Shown piece after piece: positions 20,936-29,400 of a DNA stretch of 64,000 nt (the first letter of the stretch is position 1; the number at the start of each line of letters is the position of its first letter). A model generated the notes under the pieces. The model saw nothing but the letters and a program-made list of their open reading frames with translations. It had not been told where the DNA came from and did no database searches. The translations under genes and the position numbers were made by a program. Source of the DNA: an uncultured virus (IMG/VR IMGVR_UViG_3300042484_001031) (Duplodnaviria > Heunggongvirae > Uroviricota > Caudoviricetes); the IMG/VR virus record IMGVR_UViG_3300042484_001031, positions 62,001-126,000 of that record; one strand, 5' to 3'.

Positions 20936-21856
20936 TTATGAGCCGTAACTTGCGGCTCCCACATAACCTCTTGCGGTACCAACTCCAGTAGTATCAGTAG
21001 CAACAACACCTGTATTTGACACTAGGTTGGTCATTGATTTATTAGTGTCTCCATATCCAAATATAGCTTGACCAGAACTACCAAAATTAGTGGCTGCAAG
21101 ATAACCTCTAGCAGTACCAACTCCAGTAGTATCAGTAGCAACAACACCAGTGTTACTTACTAGGTTAGTCATAGAAACACCAGAAGCACTTGAGTTCAAC
21201 CCATATCCAAATATAGCTTTGTCTGTGCCGTATCCTGCCGCAGCTAATCCAAATCTAGCAGTACCGACTCCAGTGGTATTATTAGCAACGACACCTGTGT
21301 TGCTTACTAAGTTGGTTATTGATACTCCAGTAGGGAATGAGGTAGTTCCGTATCCAAAAATAGCTTTGTCTGTGCCGTATCTTGCGGCTGCTAGTTCACT
21401 TCTAGCAGTACCGACTCCAGTAGTATCAGTAGCAACAACACCAGTGTTACTTACTAAATTTGTTACTGACGTACCAAATCCATATCCAAATATAGCTTTA
21501 TCTGTTCCATAACCAGCGGCCGCTGGATAAGCTCTAGCAGTACCAACTCCAGTAGTATCAGTAGCAACTATCCCTGCATTACTTACTTTGTTGGTCATTG
21601 ATACTTGAACACCTGTATTTCCATATCCAAAAATAGCTTTATCACCTCCGTAACCAGCGGCTCCCACTCCATATCTAGCAGTACCAACTCCAGTTGTATC
21701 TGCGGCTACTACACCTGTGTTTGATACTAAGTTAGTCATTGACAGATTAGAACCATTATACCCATATCCAAATATAGCTCGTATTCCAGCCGGTGGTATG
21801 TATGGCTCAATACTAATCCCACCCGATATAGTTGCACCTTCAAATATTATTGGCAT
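20936..21856 (-). CDS. Six-repeat Kelch-like beta-propeller protein, paralog 1
   Basis: Same repeat and leader; GCTAAATA (21876-21883) and AAGGA RBS upstream. Confidence 0.75.
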   Translation of the reverse strand: MPIIFEGATISGGISIEPYIPPAGIRAIFGYGYNGSNLSMTNLVSNTGVVAADTTGVGTARYGVGAAGYGGDKAIFGYGNTGVQVSMTNKVSNAGIVATDTTGVGTARAYPAAAGYGTDKAIFGYGFGTSVTNLVSNTGVVATDTTGVGTARSELAAARYGTDKAIFGYGTTSFPTGVSITNLVSNTGVVANNTTGVGTARFGLAAAGYGTDKAIFGYGLNSSASGVSMTNLVSNTGVVATDTTGVGTARGYLAATNFGSSGQAIFGYGDTNKSMTNLVSNTGVVATDTTGVGTARGYVGAASYGS

Positions 21857-21941
21857 ATTATGTTATCCTTTATGTTATTTAGCAAAAAAACATAGTATAC
21901 TAATAAGCTATTACTATATGTGTAAGACATTTTTAGCCAAC

Positions 21942-21966
21942 AAAAAAGCACTACGAATAGTGCTTT
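21942..21966 (-). terminator. Intrinsic terminator with UUCG loop
   Basis: Minus strand aaagcacta-ttcg-tagtgcttt followed by a T run, downstream of 21996..22535. Confidence 0.8.
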
Positions 21967-21995
21967 ATTGTAACTTCCCATCCCAAGGGTTGATT

Positions 21996-22535
21996 TTAAT
22001 CTCTATCGTCACTCATACCTACATAGTATAATAACGTTAAACCATATATGATACACATTAATGGCAATCCATAATTAATAAGCATTGCAGGTAAACGCTC
22101 ATCAGCTAACATACTATTAACCATGGTAGGATCATTCACAGGTGTTGCCATGATGTGTGCCATAGTATCATATATTTTATTCAATACTAAGTAAGCACTA
22201 CCACCTAACACACCTAAACCACCGGCAATTGTTTTACCCATATTGTTTCCAAATCCTTCAGAAATTCCTGAACCAGCATCAGCTTTGGCTAGTGCTTCAG
22301 TTTTCTTTTTAGCTTCTTCAGCACTTTTACTAGTTTTCAAAATGTTAATTAATTCATTTTTTCTACTCTGTGCTTGTTTATATGCTTGTTGCGCTTTAGG
22401 AGATGAGGCTAAAAACTTATCTAATAAACCTGATACTTTTGATTGTAACCATTCTCCAATACCCTCATCAAGTTGTTGTTGTTCACTTGCTTCATTGATG
22501 AGGTCTATGTAATTTCTAAATAAGTCCGTACTCAT
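21996..22535 (-). CDS. Hypothetical late protein with two hydrophobic segments; possible internal head protein
   Basis: Own TAAATA motif (22552-22559) and RBS; N-terminal FRNYIDLINE; hydrophobic IAGGLGVLGGSAYLVL and LINYGLPLMCIIYGLTLLYYV. Confidence 0.6.
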   Translation of the reverse strand: MSTDLFRNYIDLINEASEQQQLDEGIGEWLQSKVSGLLDKFLASSPKAQQAYKQAQSRKNELINILKTSKSAEEAKKKTEALAKADAGSGISEGFGNNMGKTIAGGLGVLGGSAYLVLNKIYDTMAHIMATPVNDPTMVNSMLADERLPAMLINYGLPLMCIIYGLTLLYYVGMSDDRD

Positions 22536-22554
22536 AATAATTCCTTTAATATAT

Positions 22555-23316
22555 TTATGCTATCTTACGCTTTTTGCCACCAAGTTGCCAACCATCATCT
22601 AAGTAACTTTGTAGTACATCCTTCTTTACTTTCTTCTCTGTATTGTCTTTGTTGATACTTATATTACCAAGTACAGCGTTGGCTACATTAGCTCCGTGTG
22701 TCTTTACTTTTGCTACACCTTTTTGTGTTATAGAACGCTTTAGTTTTTCTTCTTCACTCATAGGACCTTTAGATTTACCTTTAAGTGCTAAACTTTGTTT
22801 TTGTTTTGTTTCTTCACTTGCTATATAACCTGCTCTACTTTCTTTCCACTTAGCAATAGTTTCTTCTGATTTTGGTGCTCTTTGTAATGCGGCATTTCTT
22901 AAATTTTTTCTATGTTCATCTGTTATTTCTACTCCACCTTTATTCCATGGTACAAGATTTTTAGATTTCATAATCTTTGAATGATTCTCAGCGTGTTCTA
23001 TTCTATATTTTTCATAAACTCTGGAAGTAATTGCTGATGAGTATCGTTGATGTGTATCTCCTATTGCCCTCATACCCATCAACGCATATATCATTTTACT
23101 TCGTGCTTCTCCATCAGTCATTTTAACTAATAGCCAATGACAAATGAAATGCTCACGGGCTGATAGATATGTTAGATTAGATTTATCATTAGACCCGCCT
23201 AAAGATTGAGGCATAATATGATGCCGTTCTCGTCCGGGTGCTTTGCTCCAATTACGAGAAACTGAACGGTCTATAAATTTATGATATAGTTTGGTATATT
23301 TATTTTCTTTGTACAT
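22555..23316 (-). CDS. HNH homing endonuclease with NUMOD3-like repeats (probable start MYKENK at 23316; track start 23343)
   Basis: ERHHIMPQSLGGSNDKSNLTYLSAREHFICHWLL; C-terminal SEETKQKQS/SEEEKLKRS basic repeats; CATAAATA 5 nt before the ATG at 23316. Confidence 0.8.
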   Translation of the reverse strand: MYKENKYTKLYHKFIDRSVSRNWSKAPGRERHHIMPQSLGGSNDKSNLTYLSAREHFICHWLLVKMTDGEARSKMIYALMGMRAIGDTHQRYSSAITSRVYEKYRIEHAENHSKIMKSKNLVPWNKGGVEITDEHRKNLRNAALQRAPKSEETIAKWKESRAGYIASEETKQKQSLALKGKSKGPMSEEEKLKRSITQKGVAKVKTHGANVANAVLGNISINKDNTEKKVKKDVLQSYLDDGWQLGGKKRKIA

Positions 23317-23359
23317 AATAGTATTTATGCCAATACTTGACATTCTACTATTATATCAT

Positions 23360-23414
23360 AAAAAAGAGTGCCGAAGCACCCTTTTGATTGCAGATTGTCC
23401 CGAAAGACAATCTG
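23360..23414 (-). terminator. Two tandem UUCG hairpins after the major capsid gene; the distal one is an intrinsic terminator
   Basis: Minus strand cagattgtct-ttcg-ggacaatctg, then aaaagggtgc-ttcg-gcactc-tttttt. Confidence 0.8.
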
Positions 23415-23426
23415 ATGTACCCAATT

Positions 23427-24623
23427 TCACTGAAAAGTTAAATTTTGTACTGCTATTTCGCCAACATAGTCGGCAGCATTACCAAATGAGCTGGCCGTAT
23501 TCGTTAATTCGATGTAACCATATCTGGTCATAAAACTAACTACTGGTTCGAATGTTGATGGATCCAATACAACTCCACTGCTCATCAATGGAATGTATGG
23601 GCAATAGAATGCGGCTGCATCAGTTTCGCTAGAACCTTTATAACCAACTAGTACTGGAATAGTATCAGCGGCATAACTGTCAACGAACACACGCATAGCG
23701 CCGTTCAATGTACCAACGAACTTAGTGTTAGTTGGAGCTTCGAATGTACCTTCTGTTGTACGAGCAAAAGCACTAGTAGTTGCAGACTGTAGAACAGTCA
23801 AGGCAGCACTAGAAACAACAGCCCAGTTACCTGCGCCACGACGTGTACGTTGGGCGATCAAGTTAGCAACACGGTTGATTAGAACAGCTAAGGCAGCGTG
23901 TTCGTCACCAACGTAAGTAGCTGTACCTGATACAGTAGCTTGGTTGAATGTAAACTCTGTACTTGCTAGAGTACGTAATGACAAGAGAATCTCTTGGTCA
24001 ATCTCAGCAGTAATCTCTTGTGCAAGAGCTGCCATGATTTCTGCTTCTACGTCGATACCATGTTGAGACTGAGCATCTTGTGCTGCCTCAAATGTCCAAC
24101 GTGCTTGCAATTTACGTGACTTAGCTTCAACAGCTTGACGTAGAATCTGAACACTGATTTGCTTACCACCGTTGCCTTCTAAGGCAGCAGTATCGTTAGC
24201 AGTATAATAGCTAGATGACGAATCACCACTTGGTGTGCGTGAATATGCTTGAGCAATCAAGAATGGACTTAGTGCTTCTTGACCAGCTGTTACGCTAGTT
24301 GCGGCAGTACTATTGTCTGTTAATGATTGAGCATAACGTACACGTAGAGTGTGAATCTGACCAACTGGTCCTGTCATTGGCTGAACGCCTACCAATTCGT
24401 TAGCGATAACGGTTGGCATGACACGACGAATAACTGGAAGAATCACACGGTTTAGTGTAGCGATATTACCAGCTGTAGTTGTACCGGCTGAAGATTCAGC
24501 TAGTAACTGTTTTTTGGTGTTTTCTAAAATAACACCCATTGTTGAACGGCGAGTTCCTTTTAAGCCTTCTAACAGAGCTTCTTTGGTCTCGTCCCAACGG
24601 CTTTCTAAGAGTACTTTTGACAT
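23427..24623 (-). CDS. gp23: Major capsid protein
   Basis: GVQPMTGPVGQI, VEAKSRKL, EITAEIDQEI, FYCPYIPL and TRYG motifs of T4-like gp23; position after the scaffold gene. Confidence 0.95.
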   Translation of the reverse strand: MSKVLLESRWDETKEALLEGLKGTRRSTMGVILENTKKQLLAESSAGTTTAGNIATLNRVILPVIRRVMPTVIANELVGVQPMTGPVGQIHTLRVRYAQSLTDNSTAATSVTAGQEALSPFLIAQAYSRTPSGDSSSSYYTANDTAALEGNGGKQISVQILRQAVEAKSRKLQARWTFEAAQDAQSQHGIDVEAEIMAALAQEITAEIDQEILLSLRTLASTEFTFNQATVSGTATYVGDEHAALAVLINRVANLIAQRTRRGAGNWAVVSSAALTVLQSATTSAFARTTEGTFEAPTNTKFVGTLNGAMRVFVDSYAADTIPVLVGYKGSSETDAAAFYCPYIPLMSSGVVLDPSTFEPVVSFMTRYGYIELTNTASSFGNAADYVGEIAVQNLTFQ

Positions 24624-24651
24624 TTTATATTTCTCCTAATGATGTCTTTTT

Positions 24652-25752
24652 TTAAAGCCCTGCCAGACGCTTGATATCGATAACGTTATCACGTTGTTCC
24701 ATATCAACTTCTTGTTTGGCAGCTTTATCCCCAGTTGCTTCTACGATAACTGATTCTGTTAATTTAGCTTTTTGTGCTGGTTTAACATTACCGTTATTTA
24801 GAACTGCTGGAAGATACTTATCGAAAGCGGCTTGTAGACGTGGTGTCTGGACGCTTTCTAGTAAGTTCTGCATTACTGATGCCTTTTCTTCGTTCAATGT
24901 AGCAAGTAACTCGCCCATTGTTTTTTCACGTAGATTAGACTCTTTAATAATACGAACTTCACGTTCCTTTGATTCAATCAACTTCTTAGCGTTGCTGATT
25001 GTATTGATGGATTCGGCTAGTTTCTGATCTTTTTCTTCTAGCTGAGTCATTAGTTTGCGAGTTTCTGCTTTCTCACTTAAGTGAGTGACACTGAATTCAC
25101 TTGCGAAACTTTCAAAGATACGACGACCAAAACTGTTCTCCCGAGCAATCTTGATATCTTCTTTCAATTGACCTAATTCACCTTTGAGTTGGTTAGCGAC
25201 AACCGTAGTCAATCTTTTTGCAGATTCAGCAACAAAACGTTGCTTCAATGCTTCAAGTTGTATACGACCTTCAGCAACTAACTTAACCTTAGCTTCTACT
25301 ACTGCTTGTTTGTCTTGTGTGAATTCTTTAATTTCACGTGCTAAAGCATGAACAATAAATTGTTCTAACTTTTCTTGACTTTCCATTTGTAGTTTACGCT
25401 CGCTACGTAGTTCTTTGATTTCTTCGGCTAGTTTAGTAACCATAAAATCATTAAATTTTGTAGCTGATTCACGCAATTTTTGTTGCGCTATCACACGGTC
25501 TTCATTCATTGCTTGACGTTCAGTTTGAAATTCTTCAATCTCATGCTGTAGTCCTTCACTGACCATTTTATCAAGGGCTTCTACCATCACGTATCTGTCA
25601 TGTTCATAACGTTGTGCGAATTCTTCACGCAATTCTGCACGTACTTGCTCACGAGCCTCATTCAATTTAGATTCCCATGCCTCGTTTATAGCGACACCTG
25701 TTTCTTCATTGATTAATCCACTCTCAAGTAATGGTTTGATAGCATCTAACAT
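24652..25752 (-). CDS. gp22: Prohead core scaffold protein
   Basis: E/K-rich coiled coil lying between the protease and capsid genes. Confidence 0.8.
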   Translation of the reverse strand: MLDAIKPLLESGLINEETGVAINEAWESKLNEAREQVRAELREEFAQRYEHDRYVMVEALDKMVSEGLQHEIEEFQTERQAMNEDRVIAQQKLRESATKFNDFMVTKLAEEIKELRSERKLQMESQEKLEQFIVHALAREIKEFTQDKQAVVEAKVKLVAEGRIQLEALKQRFVAESAKRLTTVVANQLKGELGQLKEDIKIARENSFGRRIFESFASEFSVTHLSEKAETRKLMTQLEEKDQKLAESINTISNAKKLIESKEREVRIIKESNLREKTMGELLATLNEEKASVMQNLLESVQTPRLQAAFDKYLPAVLNNGNVKPAQKAKLTESVIVEATGDKAAKQEVDMEQRDNVIDIKRLAGL

Positions 25753-25754
25753 GC

Positions 25755-26399
25755 TTAATCCCCTTTGTTAATTTTGAGATCCTTGATAAGACGAACCACT
25801 TCGTCTTTCAGGTATCTCTGTACCTTCTTGTCGCCTTGTGCTTCTTTTGCAATATCCAACAACTTATGACCATGACGCATATTCATCATACCTTCATATA
25901 TTGCTTTAGGATAAGCATTGGGTGCACTAGGTTGTGCGACAATATCCACAGTGACTATTTCAAAGTCACTAACTTTGCCGTCCAAGTCATTCACGTTACC
26001 GCTACCACGACTTGAAACGCCGAGTTTCACACCACTCTCCAACATAGTAGACACTAACTGTCCCATTGGGGTTGGTAAAATCTTTAACTTGCCAAAACCA
26101 TTAGCACCATCCATCCACATACTAGTAATCATATGTGATACACGGTCTAGGTTAATTTTTAAGTCATCTGGGTGATCTACTTCACCTAATACTGAATAGC
26201 CTTCTGTAATTTGTCTGTTAAGAGTTTCAACGGCACTTTCAATTTCAGAAACGGGGTAGACACGCTCATTAGCGTTCTTTACCCCACCCTGAATGAAGAT
26301 ACCCTTCATATAAAGGCTCTTCAAAGCACCTTCACCTGTGCTTTCGACCACCATACTAGCACGGTCGAAAGTCAGATGCTCTTTAAGATACAAAGCCAT
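25755..26399 (-). CDS. gp21: Prohead protease (start 26399 or 26408)
   Basis: GIFIQGGVKNANERVYP, GEVDHP, GVSSRGSG and DIVAQPSAPNA motifs. Confidence 0.93.
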   Translation of the reverse strand: MALYLKEHLTFDRASMVVESTGEGALKSLYMKGIFIQGGVKNANERVYPVSEIESAVETLNRQITEGYSVLGEVDHPDDLKINLDRVSHMITSMWMDGANGFGKLKILPTPMGQLVSTMLESGVKLGVSSRGSGNVNDLDGKVSDFEIVTVDIVAQPSAPNAYPKAIYEGMMNMRHGHKLLDIAKEAQGDKKVQRYLKDEVVRLIKDLKINKGD

Positions 26400-26413
26400 T
26401 GCTCTCAAATTCC

Positions 26414-27232
26414 TTAAATGCGTCTTTTAGCAGTAGTTCTACGTGACTCTGCTACTGGGCTACGAACTTTACCTGCTTCGTCTTTAGTGACTGGCTTAGG
26501 TGCAGCTGTTAAGTCTGCATTATTTTGTGCTGGACTATTCTTAAATGATCCTGCACCTTTAACAGATGTTTCACCTTTTGCATATGCATTACTTGGGCCT
26601 TTTGGTCCTGTTGGAACTGATTCACTAGCACCACTGAACTTAACTGGTCTGCTGTCCATTCCAGCTTGACCGCTATTAGCGTCTACTGTACTTTTGTTTT
26701 GAACACCATTGTCACCGTGAGTTACAGAAACTTTCTTTAGTGTGATAGCTTCCATCATAGGATCTTCTTCACCACCCATATCACCCATGTCGTCATCGCC
26801 CATGTCATCCATGTCGCCTTCGTCATCACCCATATCACCCATGTCGTCATCACCGCCCATGATATCTTCAAACTCAGCCATTAGCTGGTCTAATTTATCT
26901 TCTAGGTCAACAACACGGTCTTCTAAACCTTCTTCGCCACCTTCTTCACTGTCCATTTCAATGTCAACAGTTTCTTCACCGTCGTCATCCATGTCATCGA
27001 TGTCAAATTCTTCATCTTCACCTTCTGCCATACCAGTTTGTTCGCTACCAATTTCGTCTAACAAATCTTCTACTGGACCAGATGGCTGATTCATCATGTC
27101 ATCTTCGTCCATCATTGTTTCATAAATTTCGCGGCTTTTCTCAACTACGATATCGTGAAATAATGCGCGGGCTTGTTCTTCGTTCTCATTGATAATCAAA
27201 TCAATCAGTTGTTCAAATTTTTTATTATCCAT
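26414..27232 (-). CDS. Acidic prohead core protein (gp67/gp68 position)
   Basis: D/E/M-rich with DDMGD repeats; lies between portal and protease; AGGAG RBS and CTAAATA upstream. Confidence 0.6.
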   Translation of the reverse strand: MDNKKFEQLIDLIINENEEQARALFHDIVVEKSREIYETMMDEDDMMNQPSGPVEDLLDEIGSEQTGMAEGEDEEFDIDDMDDDGEETVDIEMDSEEGGEEGLEDRVVDLEDKLDQLMAEFEDIMGGDDDMGDMGDDEGDMDDMGDDDMGDMGGEEDPMMEAITLKKVSVTHGDNGVQNKSTVDANSGQAGMDSRPVKFSGASESVPTGPKGPSNAYAKGETSVKGAGSFKNSPAQNNADLTAAPKPVTKDEAGKVRSPVAESRRTTAKRRI

Positions 27233-27284
27233 TGAATGTCTCCTATATAAATGGCTTTGTAGAATTATTTAGTGTGTATATGGC

Positions 27285-27312
27285 AAAACAGCACAATAAG
27301 TGCTGTTTTTTT
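27285..27312. terminator. Stem-loop, possibly bidirectional terminator
   Basis: aaaacagcac-aataa-gtgctgtttt flanked by A/T runs. Confidence 0.65.
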
Positions 27313-27343
27313 GCGTTTTTGCCTAGAATAAGGCTTTTTTATA

Positions 27344-27568
27344 TTATAATTGTGGTTGATCAGGTTTTGGCTGACTATATTGTGCGTTAATCTTTTTAAG
27401 ATAGTTAGCCTTTTCGTAATTTCTAACATCATTCATCTTACGTAATTTACGAATCTGACGTAATGTTAATTTAGTTTTACGGCTTTCTTTCCACTTTGGT
27501 TTGCTGTTATCAGACTCTACATCTTGGTAACCTTCAATAGCGGGAGTAAACATCTCAAAAAGTTTCAT
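27344..27568 (-). CDS. Small basic head-module protein (74 aa)
   Basis: Fills the gap after the portal gene; RKTKLTLRQIRKLRKM; GATAAATA 6 nt before the ATG. Confidence 0.65.
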   Translation of the reverse strand: MKLFEMFTPAIEGYQDVESDNSKPKWKESRKTKLTLRQIRKLRKMNDVRNYEKANYLKKINAQYSQPKPDQPQL

Positions 27569-27582
27569 ATTGTTTATTTATC

Positions 27583-29373
27583 TTAAATCTGTCCGGGCGC
27601 ACCGCCTGGTGCATTGCCTGCCATATTACCGGCATCATTACCAACTGGACCAGCTACTTCCATACCGTCTAATCCACCTTCTGGTTCAGGTGCATTCATA
27701 TCTTCACCAGTTTGTGTATCAGATTCAATATCACCCACTGACACTCCAATACTACGTAAATCATTACCTTGTGGTTCAATCTCAATCTCTTTATCATTTT
27801 CTTCACGCCACATTTTTTCGTTTTTACTGATTTCTTCTTCGGATAAGCCCAAGAATCGTTCTAACGCAAAACGTTTACTTATGTATGGATATTGTTCAAT
27901 AGCACTGAATGAAGTAATACGTGCTGTATCTAATTCACTTTGGCGATAGGCTGCAAAGTTCTGTGGTGGATTAAACTGTAATTGAAATAAACCACTATCA
28001 ATATTCAATCCTCTCCAACGTAAGAATAACTTAAATTCTTCGTCTAGCTTTTGACTGATATATTTCTGTAGTCGTTCGCAATATTGATTGAAACGGAACT
28101 CTTGAATCATAGCTGTACCAACACGTCCGTCACTCATTGGAGTAGGATTATCATCTGGTCCTGTTGGAAGATAGCTACTTGGCACACGTAAACCACGTGC
28201 TAATCTGTTGTTAAAGTAACGCAAGTCATCAATCTCACCCAAATTTTGTCCACCGGGCAACACTTCAACACTTGATCCTCTTCCGTCAGCAGTAACTGGA
28301 AAGAAGTAATCTTCATTCATACTTAATGGGTTATAGCTAGCATCAACTACACTTCCACCACCATGTGTACTTGGAATACGTCTTTGATGTATCTCATTCT
28401 TAATACGTTCAACGAAAGCCATAGCTAAGTGACTTGGCATATTACCAACGTCAATCTTAAACATTCTACGTTCTGGAGCACGTTGTACACGATATATAAG
28501 AACCGCGTCTTCTAATAATTCTTTTTGCTTATATACCTTAAAGACATTCTCTAAAATACTTTGACCAAAGGGCCAAAAGCGGTCTAATCCTTCTGTTAAG
28601 CTTAAGTGGACAACGTGTTTAGCATCAATGGCTGCTTCACTTTGACCTAATGTAAACCGACTACCTGATGTGTTGTAGGGCATACTTGGAACAGTATATC
28701 CTCCACCTGCGCCTCCACCACCTGTACCGCCCATACCAGTTGCTGGGTTAGAGGCAAAGTCTGTATTAGTTTTAGTAGCCACTGATAAGTTTTGTAAGTT
28801 AATGTTAATATCTTTAATAACATATTGTTCAGGCTTTTTACCTTCACTTTCATTTACAATAACTTTAATAACCTTAGTCATATCGACCCAGTATAACTTA
28901 AAATTTTCTGGGTCACGTACAAATACCTGATCACCGTACTTAATAGTATTACGGAAGATTTTGAATGTTCTAGTGTCAAATTCGTTTAATTTGCACCACT
29001 GTTGTAGTTGAGTTTTTAGTAATTCAACTTCATGTTGTGTTGGTTCATCTTTGAAATTTAAGTCAAAGGGTGTTTTATTATGTTCATTTGTTTGTGTGCT
29101 GAATTCACTTATAATGTCTAAGCAAGCGTTAATCTCAGCATCAACGTCCATCATTTCATATTGGTTGTAACGTTCAATACGATTTGGGTGACCGGTATAT
29201 ACTTCTGGTAAACGGCTACGATAGTTCTTATAGCCCATTTCAGCATTATTGTAACCGCCGGTATCACTACCGTTTTGTCCTGGGCTACCGTTCCATGCAC
29301 CGGTGTTATTATTAAAACCAGATATGGGACTAGAGATACCGGATTTGTTTGAGAAGCGTTTTTTATAGGTCAT
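27583..29373 (-). CDS. gp20: Portal protein
   Basis: LLEDAVLIYRVQRAPERRMFKIDVGNMP, EDYFFP, LPGGQNLGEIDD and LRVPSSYL motifs. Confidence 0.95.
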   Translation of the reverse strand: MTYKKRFSNKSGISSPISGFNNNTGAWNGSPGQNGSDTGGYNNAEMGYKNYRSRLPEVYTGHPNRIERYNQYEMMDVDAEINACLDIISEFSTQTNEHNKTPFDLNFKDEPTQHEVELLKTQLQQWCKLNEFDTRTFKIFRNTIKYGDQVFVRDPENFKLYWVDMTKVIKVIVNESEGKKPEQYVIKDININLQNLSVATKTNTDFASNPATGMGGTGGGGAGGGYTVPSMPYNTSGSRFTLGQSEAAIDAKHVVHLSLTEGLDRFWPFGQSILENVFKVYKQKELLEDAVLIYRVQRAPERRMFKIDVGNMPSHLAMAFVERIKNEIHQRRIPSTHGGGSVVDASYNPLSMNEDYFFPVTADGRGSSVEVLPGGQNLGEIDDLRYFNNRLARGLRVPSSYLPTGPDDNPTPMSDGRVGTAMIQEFRFNQYCERLQKYISQKLDEEFKLFLRWRGLNIDSGLFQLQFNPPQNFAAYRQSELDTARITSFSAIEQYPYISKRFALERFLGLSEEEISKNEKMWREENDKEIEIEPQGNDLRSIGVSVGDIESDTQTGEDMNAPEPEGGLDGMEVAGPVGNDAGNMAGNAPGGAPGQI

Positions 29374-29400
29374 AGTAGATACTTTGTCTAGTATTTAGCG

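Larger units (their letters stand above)
18958..21857. repeat. Cassette-junction direct repeat at 18958, 19927, 20896 and (partial) 21838
   Basis: cttcaaata(c/t)tattggcataattgttattccttaaaaaatt; spacing 969, 969 and 942 bp; the first two copies match over ~69 bp. Confidence 0.9.

Noticed and set aside
19004..21856. Diversity-generating retroelement or CRISPR explanation for the repeats
   Set aside because: Repeats are in-frame coding units, loops vary in length, and no reverse transcriptase, non-coding template repeat or cas gene is in the window.
26760..27110. GAY/ATG-rich tandem repeats
   Set aside because: They encode the acidic DDMGD tract of the core protein; not a separate DNA element.
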